Source: Eledone cirrhosa (lineage: Eukaryota). From it: a stretch of 64,000 bases of DNA. Shown here piece after piece: positions 1 to 14,300 of the stretch (positions are counted from its first letter, which is position 1; each line of letters begins with the position of its first letter). The stretch lies in the NCBI GenBank assembly GCA_964016885.1, contig OZ024754.1, positions 26,970,001 to 27,034,000 of the forward strand. Reading direction: 5' to 3'. Below the pieces are notes generated by a model, which was not told where the DNA came from, ran no database searches, and saw nothing but the letters and a program-made list of their open reading frames with translations. A program made the position numbers and the translations under genes.

Positions 1-128
1 GCACCAACCTGAGGCATATGATTTTTAATGCGATGAAATACCAATGATGGTTGGAAAATCACTGACGAAGGACTATTTTTATCATATGTAACCCATGTGC
101 AGCCACGCAGTATTCTTCTTTCTTCTCT

Positions 129-160
<32 letters not shown>

Positions 161-457
161 GGAAAGTTATATTTAAATCGTTGGGTTACAACTAGTAAAT
201 ATTTATAACTGATATAAAAGCACTCAACAAGTATTTGGAGTATATTTACGATATTAAATAAATGGAAACTATATTTATAAAACCATATTTATTTCATTAT
301 ATATATTTCAGGGATATCATATTAACAATATGTTATGCCTTCCTCAGACAAAATACAATATAGACAGTTTTATAGATAAATAGATTTGACATACCGTTCA
401 ACATCGACTTGTATTTGAAAAAGTTGATTTGGCAGTGAAAAATTGTAAACAGAAAGC

Positions 458-1408
458 TTTAACTCTAACCACCCCAGATCTGTCAAAAACACTATAGTAA
501 ACTCTGTTCAAAAACGTGTCTCTAGAATCTCGTCTAATAGAAAGATTTTCGACGAAAAAGCCCAATACTACAATGAAGCGTTAGCTAGAGCAGGATATAG
601 TGATAAGATTATGTACATAGATAATGATAGACAAACTAAACAAAATAACAACTATTTTAATTACGGCCACAACCTTAACAACTATAATAGAAAGCATTAC
701 AATAATTCCAAAAGCCAAAAAAGAAATAGAACTAGGAACATAATATGGTTTGCCCCCCCCCCTTTCTCACTAAACATTAAAACCCACATCGCTAAACTAT
801 TTTTTAAAGCTCTTGATAATCGCTTCCCTAGAACACATAGGTATCACTCAATTTTCAATAGACATACTATAAAATTAACCTACTCATCCACCAAAAATTT
901 AGCACAAAATATTAATAGAATAAATAATAGGAACTTAAAACCTAGCGATAATAGCATAAATAATATACAAGTTAACAAATGTAACTGTAGAGATAGATCT
1001 AAATGTCCGTTAAATAACAACTGCTTAGTTAAAAATATAATATACAACTGTAATGTTAAAACGGACTCTAATTCTTTTAACTACGTCGGTTCCACATCGA
1101 CGGAATTTAAACTTCGCTATAATAACCACAAGAATTCTTTCACAGATCCAAGCAAAAAATCTTCAACAGCACTATCAGGCGTACTCTGGCAACTTAGGCA
1201 AGATAACGTTAGATATTCGACGGCTTGGAATATAGTCTCAAGAGGGATTCCTTTTAATTCATCCTCTGAGACATGTGACCTCTGCGCGGAGGAGATATTC
1301 TTTATACTAAAATCTAAAAATCCCCTTAATCTACGGACAAATTTATTCAGTTGCTGCAAACATAGATTGAACTCAACTTTTAAATATAAATTTAAATTTA
1401 AAATGTAG
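458..1408 (+). pseudogene. PLE ORF C-terminal part: RT thumb, Cys-rich linker, GIY-YIG endonuclease
   Basis: Frame is open from about 458 (NSNHPRSVKNTIV..YYNEALARAGY) into ORF 611-1408: IIWF.PP, CNCRDRSKCPLNNNC, IIY..YVGST..FKLRYNNH, CDLC..E, LN.R. Confidence 0.85.
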
Positions 1409-2773
1409 TATATTTAGTTTGATTTATAATTATTTGGGAAACTAGCCGATAAATCTTTCGATTTCTTCTTTTTATTCTTCTTTTTATTTTTTTTATTTTA
1501 TTTTTATTTAAACATTCTTCATGAAAAATTAAACTACCCTAAAAGTTGATGCTCCAAATATATCGAATAAACGTTACACTAGATAAACTTCTATATTAAA
1601 TATAAGAACATATGTAGACCAAATGGGCATCCTAAACTTTTTGAAATGATTTCTGCTAGACGCGATTTGGTAAATAATTTTTGCTTTATCTGTTTTCGAC
1701 TCTGATGCTTATAATGAACTTGGCAATATATTGTCAATTAATTTTGAAGGGTTGATCTTTGTGGTCGATTTGCGTGGCATATTATGTTTCTATTATGTTT
1801 TTATTTTTATTATTTTAATATTTTTTAATATTTTTAATATTTTTATTTTTAATATGTAATATTTTTTAGTTTTATATTTTATTTATTTGTTTATTATTAT
1901 TATTATTATTATTATTATTTTCTGTTTTTGTTTCTGATATTTTTTTTTATTAATATATTGAAATCTGTTCTCTATTTCTGCTTGATAGATAATCATGTAG
2001 AGTAAAGACAAGAATAGTATTGTTAAAATTAATATAGACTCTATATATATGTGTATATATACACATATATGTATACTTAAATTTTTATAGCACAATGAGA
2101 ATGTTCTCCGTGTGAAATAGGGGTTTGCAGAGTTGATCACGTAAATTCACATCGATGTTTGTAGTTATCATATAAACATATGAATTTTTAAAACTAGACA
2201 TAAGATCATTACTTTTCACACATTATGGATACGTGTCTCATTCAGGAATACTGATATTTACATTATAGTGCCTGGTTTTTATACGAACTAATATTTCTAC
2301 ATCAAAACATAGGGTTTTTAAATTTTGCCTCGCCTATGTCTGGTTACTTTTCATTTTTCTCTCTATATAACGGCTGGTTTCTTTCCTAACCACATATATC
2401 TCCCTTACATTAATACTAGAGCTAAATAAATAAATAAATAAATAAATGTATCATTGATACGTTCATTCAACGGATGTTCAACTACCTACTTTTCTCTCTA
2501 TATATCTATCTCTATCTATTTCCTCTCTCTATATATATCTCTCTCTGTTTCTTTACATGAAGTTCTTCTCTTTACCTATCTTTCCATCTCTCTATTTTGT
2601 TGCATGCATTTCTTCTTTTTCTTCTTTTTCTTCGTTTTCTTTCTCTCTTTCCTTCCTTCTTTCTTTCTTTCTTTCTGTTTACAATTTTTCACTGCCAAAT
2701 CAACTTTTTCAAATACAAGTCGATGTTGAAGGGTATGTCAAATCTATTTATCTATAAAACTGTCTATATTGTA

Positions 2774-2836
2774 TTTTGTCTGAGGAAGGCATAACATATT
2801 GTTAATATGATATCCCTGAAATATATATAATGAAAT
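2774..2836 (+). ncRNA. Minimal type I hammerhead-like motif in PLE pLTR (mirror copy about 292-355, minus strand)
   Basis: CTGAGGA-stem II-GAAA-TATA-TA. Stem I is weak. Confidence 0.55.
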
Positions 2837-2877
2837 AAATATGGTTTTATAACTATAGTTTCCATTTATTTAATATC

Positions 2878-2937
<60 letters not shown>

Positions 2938-2940
2938 CAT

Positions 2941-3016
2941 CTTTATAAAAATGCTTTCACCCATAACAGGATTAAGGGTGAAAGCAGCGATTCTTTGCTT
3001 AAACTTTAATCTGTTA

Positions 3017-3022
<6 letters not shown>
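2941..3022 (+). repeat. Tiny PLE 3'-end fragment with micro fold-back between two (TA)n tracts
   Basis: gctttcaccc...gggtgaaagc hairpin. The distal part matches about 21573-21626 and the reverse complement of about 13115-13166. Confidence 0.65.
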
Positions 3023-4234
<1,212 letters not shown>

Positions 4235-4264
4235 ATATATATGTATATATGTATATATATATGT

Positions 4265-4510
4265 ATATATAGCATAGATGTAGCTATGTGGTTAAAGATT
4301 TCACATCGCAATCACATAGTTTCGGGTTCAATTTCATTATGTAGCGCTTTGGGCAGATATTTAATATAGCCTCTAGTTGAGCTATTGCTATTCACCCTTA
4401 CGGAGTCGATATAATAAAGTACTAGTAACAACGCACTTGCGTTGATTTAATTGACTTTTCCCGCCCCGAAAATTGGTGACCTTGTGCCTAAATCGGAAAC
4501 CATTATTATT
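4265..4510 (+). mobile_element. Degenerate tRNA-derived SINE
   Basis: A-box-like tagctatgtggttaa, B-box-like gggttcaatt, and a SINE-type tail ending in (att)n. Confidence 0.45.
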
Positions 4511-4638
4511 ACTGGGTTTTAAAGGGCGATGGGTTGGCAGTTTTGGTAGAGTGTTGGACAAGCTTTGCGGCATATAGTCATGATCTTTTTCGTTATGAAT
4601 TCAAATCTTACTGATTTTAACTAGCAACATCTTATCCA

Positions 4639-4728
<90 letters not shown>

Positions 4729-5782
4729 ATATATGAGAGAAAGAATCTCATCTGCTTTTTTAACAATTCAGCGATTCAAACACTCATGGACTTGTACTTT
4801 ATTTATCGACTGAAAATATGAAAATCACTGTTGATCTCGATGGAATTTGAATAAACCCAGAATGATAGGCCGGGAATAAATACTGAAGAATTTAATCCAC
4901 CGCTTTAACTGTGCCTCAATTGACACTTTTCTCCAAATTTTATGTAAAAATCTACCCGAATTCTATGTGCCGAAGGCATGAATACAATCACAATTATATG
5001 TATAAAACAGAAGCCATATATAGAGAGAGTTGAAAGTTATGTTTTTTTCTTAAACTATTTTCTTCAAAATAAAGTTGTGCCTAATATTCCGACCTAAAAA
5101 CACTGTATGTATTCCCAGACATTCAGAAGCCAATACCACATTTATTTACATCGAATATACATAATTTAACTGAATCTCTAGAAAAAAAAAGAAAGAAATT
5201 AAGATGAAAAACAAACAAACAAAATGAAAAAACTCATGTAAAAATGTTTCTTTAAACAGTTTTACAAATATAACAGGAGTAATGTAGAGATTTAAACCGA
5301 AAAAAGAAAAAAGAAATCTGATTTAATTTTTAGATTCAATGATTCCTGTCATCCTAGAAATAAACATTTTACGAAAGTTTATTCGTAAAAATAAATATGC
5401 TATTAAATTATTTTGATATTTTTTCAAATGTCGGTAAACAATCTGAAGAAAAAGGCTGTAAAATATAATTCCACATTAAAACCAGAAAGGAAATGAAAAC
5501 GTTGCTGGAGGTAAGGAGAAAATAAAAGTAAATTTGAAATGGTAATTTTAAATGGTGTATACGTTAAATTTCATTTGTTTTCGTTAAACACTCGAAAATA
5601 ATATGCTATTTCTATAATATAATTACATTTCATAATTGTTCTGTTTATTTTTCAAAATTTAATTATGTTTAATTTATCCACAACAGAATAATTTATGACT
5701 TCGAAAAATTTAAAACAACTATCTTACAGTATTAGGTAATTGCTATGTTTTAGAAGTTGCGATAGAATAAAAATAATAATAA

Positions 5783-5961
5783 TTGTTTCTATTTTAGGCA
5801 CAAGGCCAGCAATTCACCAGTACTTTATTTTATCGACCCCATAAGGATGAAAGGCAAAGTTAACCTCGGCGGGATCTGAACTCAGATCATAAAGGGACGT
5901 AACTCTATGCTTCAAAGCATGGCGTCCGACTCTCTACCGATACTGCCAATCCATCGCCCTA
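5783..5961 (-). mobile_element. tRNA-derived SINE (Nin/Deu-like central domain)
   Basis: Minus strand has A-box TGGCAGTATCGG, B-box GAGTTCAGATCC, then GCCTTTCATCC..GGGGTCGATAAAATAAAGTAC. Several near-identical copies occur in the window. Confidence 0.8.
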
Positions 5962-6788
5962 AAAATAATAATAATAATAATGTTGTATTTTCTCCACACC
6001 TTGTCTCAATAAATCAAATCTCTGAAAAACGAAATATTTGTTATTTCATGTTTTCATTAAGTTTAGGACTGTACTCCAGACTCTAGACCTTTTCAGGCAC
6101 CATACCCTCTCGCACGATACCCTCTTATACCGTTTCTAAAGTGGCTTCTGCTTACTGATCGGCGTCGATTGATCTCTTTCTACCTCCAGTCTCGCCTAAC
6201 AGATTCTCTTTATGCACCTTTCCTCCAAATTGGAATCGAGTAACAAGTGTCACGAATTTCATTACTGCACTAGAGCTTGATGAACACAACCACAAGGATA
6301 TGGTCCGAACGTGGAAGAACCGAACTCCCACTGTCATCGCCTCCATCTCTCTCGCCCTCCCCAAAACCTGAGCAAATGGGGTCCCACGTGCTGGCCTCCC
6401 CACAGCTCCAGCGAACAGAATGGAGAAGGCGTTTCCCCGGAGGATTATACTCCCTCTATATCCTGCACTAACTATTTTACCTAGATCCCCTACCTCAATA
6501 GTTCAGTCCATTGGAATACCGCCATGGGCGTATCTTTTCTATAGCCGTCATTTAGAATGTCAACCACACGTCGATAGCACTCTCAGAAAATACTAAACTT
6601 TTTATAGGGTGTTTTTAATGGTTTGAACTAAATATATTCGATATTTTATGAGCTTTTCACATAAAATGAATAATGTAGACAAAAATAACAATGGGATCAC
6701 AACACTTCTAAACTTAATCGCGAGTCACTTGATAATTTTCACCCCTTTCGAATTTATTACTGGCAGCGATAACTTTGGAAAAAAATCG

Positions 6789-7035
6789 GTCCTAACTGAG
6801 GGAGTCTGTTGGTAAGCTTGACACCTCGTGAAAAATGTAACGATTAAAATTTTCACTAAGTACAAGCGAAACTGTCGACAGTCAGGGCTAGAGGAATATT
6901 GGGAAACATTTATCTATTATTTCTTCAAACTTACGTTTTAAACTTAGCTCCGTTTAATTGATTATTCATTTAGTTCATTTCTACGGACTAAGAAGTAAAA
7001 TTAGGTAAGTTTTATCTGCCTGTTCTTCAAACTTC

Positions 7036-7040
<5 letters not shown>
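6789..7040 (+). repeat. PLE pLTR remnant with degenerate HHR (6789-6888), related to 3110-4140
   Basis: CTGAGGG..GCGAAACTGTCGACAGTC followed by tagaggaatattg, as at 3886-3921. Ends at (TA)n. Confidence 0.55.
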
Positions 7041-7119
<79 letters not shown>

Positions 7120-7522
7120 CTTATGCATGGCTATCAATTCACAGATGGTAAATGTGGGGAACTAATCAATTTGTTATTCAAGAAAGGGACATAAATTTGC
7201 ATTTAAATAACATTTTCCTAAACAAGTCGGATTCAGAAACATTTCAATTTGGATTAATCAAGCTTCGATTTCTTATCAGACTTAATTAAATCACCTTGGA
7301 TATTTTGATATATTCAAATTATTCAACAATATATATATATATGCATATATGCATATATATAAATGTATATATATATATATTGGTATACTTTGGGAGGGTC
7401 ATGTTGCCAATAAGAAACACACGCACTAGTTGCTTTCACTTCAATTTATTATAATAAATTTATAAATTTAGGAATTTATAAATTTCTGGTTGGTTGCACA
7501 ACCAGATAGTTGTTTATATATT

Positions 7523-7565
7523 GTCAAAGTTCTTTCGTCACACATTCTGTGACCTCTTCAGTGAC
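7523..7565 (-). ncRNA. Minimal type I hammerhead ribozyme (3' pLTR)
   Basis: Minus strand GTCA-CTGAAGA-G-GTCAC..GTGAC-GAAA-GAAC-TT-TGAC. Confidence 0.7.
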
Positions 7566-7765
7566 TGGGGATTCTTTTCTTTGTTTTTGTGCCTCTCCTT
7601 TGTTCTGTCCTACGCCTTTTTGTTTTGTGTGTGTGTTGTGTGCTCAGTCTGCGCATGCACCACATCCGGGTGTCTGTGTGTGTTTATATTCGTTTATTTA
7701 TTTGTTTATTTACATGTTACCGGTTGGTTGTTTGTTCTATGTGCGTGTGTGTTTTCATTTTGTCC

Positions 7766-10700
7766 TTAATTGTAAGTTGTGATGTTGCTGTTCCACTCAT
7801 ATTTTCTATTTAATTTTGGTTGTAATTCTTTTATGTTTATTGCCTCTGTGATTTGTCTAAACATTGCGTCTTTTCTGTGTGTAGATTCTATTTTTATTTC
7901 TATGTTCTCTAATTTACCCTTATGTTCTATTTTAGCATGTTGGTAGAGTACAGATGATTCTTTACTATCTTGAAGGTCTCGCCAGTGTTCATTTATCCGT
8001 TCCCCTACACTACGAGCTGTCTCTCCTATGTACACTATATTTTTGTCTCTACATTGTCCTTCAGTACATCTTATGCTATACACTACATTTCTAGTTTTAC
8101 AGTTAATATGGGGGCTTATTTTACAGGTTATACATTTCTTATCTATACAGGGGGGTCTTTGAAAAGGGTATGTCTTGCTAATAAGTGTTTTTACGGAAGT
8201 ACCTGGTCTTTCTACTATCTTAATATTGAGTTTATGTTTATCTAGGGCCCTTCTAAATTTGTAAGCTAATTCACCTCTAGGGGTTGTATCGATGAACATT
8301 ACACTCTGGTATTTATTGCTATCATACCATGAGTTTATTCTATTAGCCTTATTCCTAGTTCTTTCTATTCTATTCCAAAATTTGCTCCTATACAAGGGGC
8401 AGGTCCCATTTGTGTCATTATTTACCATTTTTTCCATTTGGTTCTGGCTCCTCTATACACTCTGATTTTATCTCTCTGATTGTAACCAGAGAACTGCATA
8501 CGGTGGATGAAGTGTTGTATGTGTCTCTCTAGTTCTTCGGGGTTGCACATGTGGGACACGTTTCTCATCACCCGTACCAAATCCGCAATCAGTATGTTGA
8601 TTTTGGTATGGTCCGAAACAGCTGAGTTTCGGTGGATCAGATGTTTGGAAGTCATGGGTTTGGCATAATGGGAATGGAGGATTTGTTTTTTGTTATTAAT
8701 GGTATCTAACCAGAGCTCTGTGTCTAGTACAGGTAATCGATGGTTGGGGTGTTTACTTGGGTAGTCTATAGTAACTCTAATACTCTGGTGGATGGAGTTA
8801 GCTATTTGCTGGATGCTTTCCATTGTGTTTTTCTCTAGTTCCTGACTGTTCTCTAGTGGGGGTGTCTTAACTACGATGTTTATATCATCAGCGTAGCGGG
8901 AGTACATTATCAGGGTTAAGGGGTCTTCTACTTGTTCTTTAAGTTTAAGTTTAAGTCTACTGTCCCACCATACCATGAATAAGTTAGCTATGTCGCCTGC
9001 AATGCTAACACCAATGGCGGCTCCTTCCTCTTGGGCATATGTTTTTCCATTAAATTTGAACATATGTTCCTTAAGGGTTTTATGCTGACCCCTACCGCAT
9101 GTGCAATCATTTTCTTCAGTTCATCGTGGTTTTCAGGTGTCCGTATGGCTCTGGTCCACCCGTTCCATCTATCTGTGTGGGTTTTCTTGGCCATTGAGGT
9201 AATGGTAGGTGGTCTGCCTCTTGCTGGTCTTGTAGGGCACAGGTTGCTAAGGTCATATGTGTCTAGGTAATTATTACTATAGGTAAGTTTAAGTAGGAGT
9301 CCCAGCTCACTGGTATCAATTCCACGGAACTCAACATTGCTATCACTGATCATTTCTACGCATTTCTCCACAGCAAAATCCACGTCAATAGATGGATACA
9401 GGGACACAACATCCATACTACCTATTATGCAGTTTGTTAGGTCCCTAGATCGCTTACTCTCGCCGATTCTGCTGAGGAGGTCCTCCGTGCTGTCACATAC
9501 ATCTGGGGACATTTCAATGATGGGGCGTATGATCAGGGAGAGGAAGTAGGACAGTCTGTAGTTACTAGCAATGTTAGCTCCACAGACTGGCCGTGTTGGT
9601 GGTCCCGTGACAGGGTCACTGTCCGTTTTATGGTCTTTTCGAAGCCCATACAACGCCGGCACGTCATTGTTCCAGGTCTGGAAGTTGTTGGCAGTCCTTT
9701 TGTTGGGCTGCATTATATTCGTCCACATCACCATATGGGCATTGAAGGCTTTTTCTCTATCCTCATGCTCCTGTGGTGTTACCTCTCTTGTGTTAGTGAT
9801 GTGGGGTTGCATTGCCTGGATGTAGTTTGACAGGCTGTCAACCGACATTCTGCCAGACTTGTCTGTTGGAAAGCATGCTATCTCTCCATTACGTGAGCGC
9901 TGCATGAGCTTACGCAAGCCATTTGCAGATTTTTCTCCCAGTTGCTGGGCCTCCATTCTATTATGCTTCTTGCTATACTGTTCTATAATATTTCTAAGTT
10001 CAGATCTAGCTATACTAAATTGTGCTTCTGTTTGTTCATCGACCTGCGACGGCAATTGCGTGCGTTTGTTAAATGGTAAAATCGTGGCGTGGACTCGTCG
10101 CAGGTCGAACGACTTATCGGAGGGATTATAAAAAGTAAAGTTCCAGGCTGCTGCTTTATGTGTACTAGTGCTATTGTTATTGTTAGTTGTGTTGTGTCTA
10201 TTTCTATTTCCACCAACAGCCTCATGGTTGTTTCTATGTCTCTCATTATTACTCCTGTCTCTTTCCACTGGCTCATTGTTATTATCTGCTCTATTTTGTG
10301 TGTCTGTGTGTTCGTCTTGGTTATTTTCTTTGTCCATAGTCTCCCTTCTCCTTTTAATCCTATTACTTTCCCTTATTTCTGTGATTTCTGTGCTACTGTC
10401 ATTACTTGTTTTCTGTGTCTGTGTGTTTGTTAAGATTGTGCTGGTGGTGAGAGGCATTGAATGTGTGTGTGTTGTTGTTGTTGATGTGTGCTGTTGTTGA
10501 TGTGTGTTGTTGTTGTTGTCTCTGTGTGTGTTATTATTGTTGTGTGTGTTGTTATTGTTGTTTGTGTCTGCTAGTCTGTTGTTGTTGTTTCTGAGTATGT
10601 TATTATTGTTGGTGTGTGTGTTGTTGTTATTGTTGTTTGTGTCTGTGTGTCTGTTGTTGGGATGTGTGTTGTATATGTGTGTGCGTATGTTGTTACTTTT

Positions 10701-11477
10701 GTTTTTGTTTTTGTTTTTGAGGCTCCAACGTAATTTTGTAAATGATTTTTCTATTTCTGACAGACATCTAATAATATTTACCTTCTTGAATGTTGCAAAT
10801 TTCGGTGGTAGAAGTAATACAGATAATTCATCAGGATCTATTGCCGTGTTGCCGTATATATTTGTGTTGTTGTTGTTGTTGAACTCATCTGTTAATGAGG
10901 TGTCGGCCATATTTATACCGTCAATTTTGTCGGGATACCTATTGGTATTCTCTACAGTATCCTGATTTAGTTTTATCTGCTTAAGCCACTTTAGTTTCTT
11001 GTTAAAGTGCTTATCACATTCTTGAGCAATGTACTGTTCTTCAGGACGTATAAGGCTTATAAATATTAGTTTCTCTCTTGGTGTGGTGATCCTAGTTATT
11101 TCTTGTATTAGGTTACGCTTATGTTTTTCTTGATGACTTAATTCTCTATAGATCTTCTTTTTTATGTTTAGAATTAGTGTTCGTTTTAGCCTATCTGCTT
11201 GCTTTTTGGTGAGTTGTAATCTTCTTACATCGGTGTTGATGGTGTTGGTGTAAACTCGGGACGAGGCACATTCTTTTATGAAGTGTAGTTGTCGAGATGT
11301 TATTGTTTTTCGTAGACAACAGAACATGGTGGTTTTCAGTAACTTGTTAGCCTGGCTAAGGCTTACGATATTTCGTTTCTGAATTTGTTTAGCAAGATTC
11401 TTTATCTGAAAACGCGTGTTGAAATCGATATTGTTATACTTTGGGAGGGTCATGTTGCCAATAAGAAACACACGCAC
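7766..11477 (-). pseudogene. PLE polyprotein (N-terminal region, low-complexity linker, RT, GIY-YIG) with two frameshifts (about 9070 and about 8430)
   Basis: ORFs 8988-11477, 8422-9063 and 7766-8437: PTDKSG, LYGLRKDHK, PTRPV, SMDVVSLYPSI, QEEGAAIG, YSRYADD, VVY..C..YIGET.R..RINEH, R.ITEA..I..P.LN. Confidence 0.92.
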
Positions 11478-11581
11478 CAGTTGCTTTCACTTCAATTTAT
11501 TATAATAAATTTATAAATTTAGGAATTTATAAATTTCTGGTTGGTTGGTTAGTTCCACAACCAGATAGTTGTTTATATATT

Positions 11582-11624
11582 GTCAAAGTTCTTTCGTCAC
11601 ACATTCTGTGACCTCTTCAGTGAC
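11582..11624 (-). ncRNA. Minimal type I hammerhead ribozyme (5' pLTR)
   Basis: Same sequence as 7523-7565, located upstream of the ORF start. Confidence 0.7.
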
Positions 11625-11830
11625 TGAGGATTCTTTTCTTTGTTTTGTGTGCCTCTCCTTTGTTCTGTCCTACGCCATTTTGTTTCTGTGTGTGTGTGTG
11701 TTGTGTGCTCAGTCTGCGCATGCGCCACATCCGGGTGTCTGTGTGTGTTTATATTCGTTTATTTATTTGTTTATTTACATGTTACCGGTTGGTTGTTTGT
11801 TCTATGTGCGTGTGTGTTTTCATTTTGTCC

Positions 11831-12657
11831 TTAATTGTAAGTTGTGATGTTGCTGTTCCACTCATATTTTCTATTTAATTTTGGTTGTAATTCTTTTATG
11901 TTTATTGCCTCTGTGATTTGTCTAAACATTGCGTCTTTTCTGTGTGTAGATTCTATTTTTATTTCTATGTTCTCTAATTTACCCTTATGTTCTATTTTAG
12001 CATGTTGGTAGAGTACAGATGATTCTTTACTATCTTGAAGGTCTCGCCAGTGTTCATTTATCCGTTCCCCTACACTACGAGCTGTCTCACCTATGTACAC
12101 TATATTTTTGTCACTACATTGTCCTTCAGTACATCTTATGCTATACACTACATTTCTAGTTTTACAGTTAATATGGGGGCTTATTTTACAGGTTATACAT
12201 TTCTTATCTATACAGGGGGGTCTTTGAAAAGGGTATGTCTTGCTAATAAGTGTTTTTACGGAAGTACCTGGTCTTTCTACTATCTTAATATTGAGTTTAT
12301 GTTTATCTAGGGCCCTTCTAAATTTGTAAGCTAATTCACCTCTAGGGGTTGTATCGATGAACATTACACTCTGGTATTTATTGCTATCATACTATGAGTT
12401 TATTCTATTAGCCTTATTCCTAGTTCTTTCTATTCTATTCCAAAATTTGCTCCTATACAAGGGGCAGGTCCCATTTGTGTCATTATTTACCATTTTTTCC
12501 CATTTGGTTCTGGCTCCTCTATACACTCTGATTTTATCTCTCTGATTGTAACCAGAGAACTGCATACGGTGGATAAAGTGTTGTATGTGTCTCTCTAGTT
12601 CTTCGGGGTTGCACATGCGGGACACGTTTCTCATCACCCGTACCAAATCCGCAATCA
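11831..12657 (-). pseudogene. Second, 5'-truncated copy of the PLE thumb/GIY-YIG region
   Basis: Near-identical to 7766-8590. Has TGG>TAG near 12392 but lacks the frameshift at about 8430. Confidence 0.9.
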
Positions 12658-12880
12658 TATATATATATGCATATATATATATATATAAATACATATGTAT
12701 GTATATCAAAATACATATATTTATATATACATAAATATAAATATATATATATGCATGTATACATGCATATATCTCAAAGAAAGACGATAAGGTATTAAAA
12801 ACCAACCCATTATACTGAGATGATTTCATGCTAAAATCACTCTCAATATATATGTACATGTGTGTCTGCATTAGTGTGTA

Positions 12881-12943
<63 letters not shown>

Positions 12944-13080
12944 GAAATATATATATATCATATTTCATATATATATTTGCGTGTGTATCCATATATATCA
13001 TAAATATATATATATATTTATGATATATATGGATATATATGGATACAAATATACACACGCAAATATATATATGATATATG

Positions 13081-13109
<29 letters not shown>

Positions 13110-13112
<3 letters not shown>

Positions 13113-13390
13113 TTATTAAAATAACAGATTAAAGTTTAAACAAAGAATCGCTGCTTTCACCCTTAACGGGATCTTCTGAAACTAACAAAGTCAATCTGTA
13201 AACGCAGAACTGGATATTTCAAAAAACGTTGCAACCGGAGGAAGACAGGAAGACGATACTTTGGTTCGTGGTAACGTTCGCTGGCAAAGAACGGGAAAAA
13301 ACGAATAATACGTCATTAATAGGAGCGGTGAAAAACAATTACGCGCAAAGACAAAACCACGTTTATGGTATAAAAGAGGTCGTAGACTAA
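13110..13390 (-). repeat. PLE pLTR fragment (family of 21350-21630)
   Basis: Diverged reverse complement of about 21350-21630. Includes the HHR-like CAGAAGATCCCGTTAAGGGTGAAAGCAGC. Confidence 0.65.
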
Positions 13391-13465
13391 TGTTCTCTTA
13401 GGTGGTGCATAGAGACGTTCTCTGGCAATGAACGAAAAAACGAAGATAATAAGTCATATTATTAT

Positions 13466-13538
<73 letters not shown>

Positions 13539-14027
13539 TACACACTGCTATGGCCTCAAGTCAATTGATGGTAGTTGAATGGACCTTTGTAGGTGATACT
13601 TGCAGAAGCCAAACATACAACACACAATCACACACACAGATTTGCACCCGATTTTCACCCGATTTTCGAAGACCGTCACAAAGCACATGATCATAGATTA
13701 ATTAAGAAATTTCTTCTCAGAGTGAACACAAGAAGTTAGGACACAATGAATAATGCGACCAGGGGCATGTTGCCACATTAATATTATAACAATGAAAAAC
13801 ACAGACAGGTTAAAGACGATCGACAGTGCATGCTGTGCACTCTATTGCCGCATTAAGTATAACCGAAACTCGAGTACGGGTATAGATTGAAGGTATCCAT
13901 TTACGTGTGTTGTATTGAAGCAAATAACTATATCTACTCTGGGATTTTACTTAACATTACATATTGAGTGCACTGAAAGGCAACCAGTACTAGCAGGGAA
14001 ACTCATGCTAGTCGCGTCAACTTATTG

Positions 14028-14069
<42 letters not shown>

Positions 14070-14077
14070 AATATATG

Positions 14078-14300
14078 TAGAAGTTATATTTAATTTGTTG
14101 GGATACAAAAAGCAAATATTTTTATAACTGATATAAAGCACTCAACAAATTATTGGAGTAAAAATACGATATATTAACAAATGGAAACTATATTTATAAA
14201 ACCATATTTATTTCATTATACATATTTCAAGGACACCAAGTCAAATTATGGTGCGCTTTCATCAGATAAAATATAATATAGATCAGTTTTATAAATAAAT
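14078..14300 (-). repeat. Diverged pLTR of the 160-2880 family with HHR (about 14215-14270)
   Basis: Colinear with 160-380. Minus strand CTGATGA-AAG.GCACCA..TGGTGT.CTT-GAAA-TATG-TA. Confidence 0.7.

Larger units (their letters stand above)
160..2880 (+). mobile_element. 5'-truncated Penelope-like element with inverted pLTR (160-457 inverted; body 458-2880), flanked by (TA)n
   Basis: About 248-457 is the reverse complement of about 2672-2880. The body encodes an RT thumb and a GIY-YIG domain. Both outer ends abut (TA)n. Confidence 0.85.
7381..12657 (-). mobile_element. Near-full-length Penelope-like retroelement in partial tandem (full copy plus upstream 5'-truncated copy)
   Basis: About 7385-8590 is directly repeated at about 11436-12657, giving two pLTRs. 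RT and C-terminal GIY-YIG present. TA-rich flanks. Confidence 0.93.

Noticed and set aside
7766-11477. Selenocysteine or programmed frameshifting in the PLE ORF
   Set aside because: The breaks are frameshifts rather than in-frame TGA codons, and the tandem copy is in frame at one of them.
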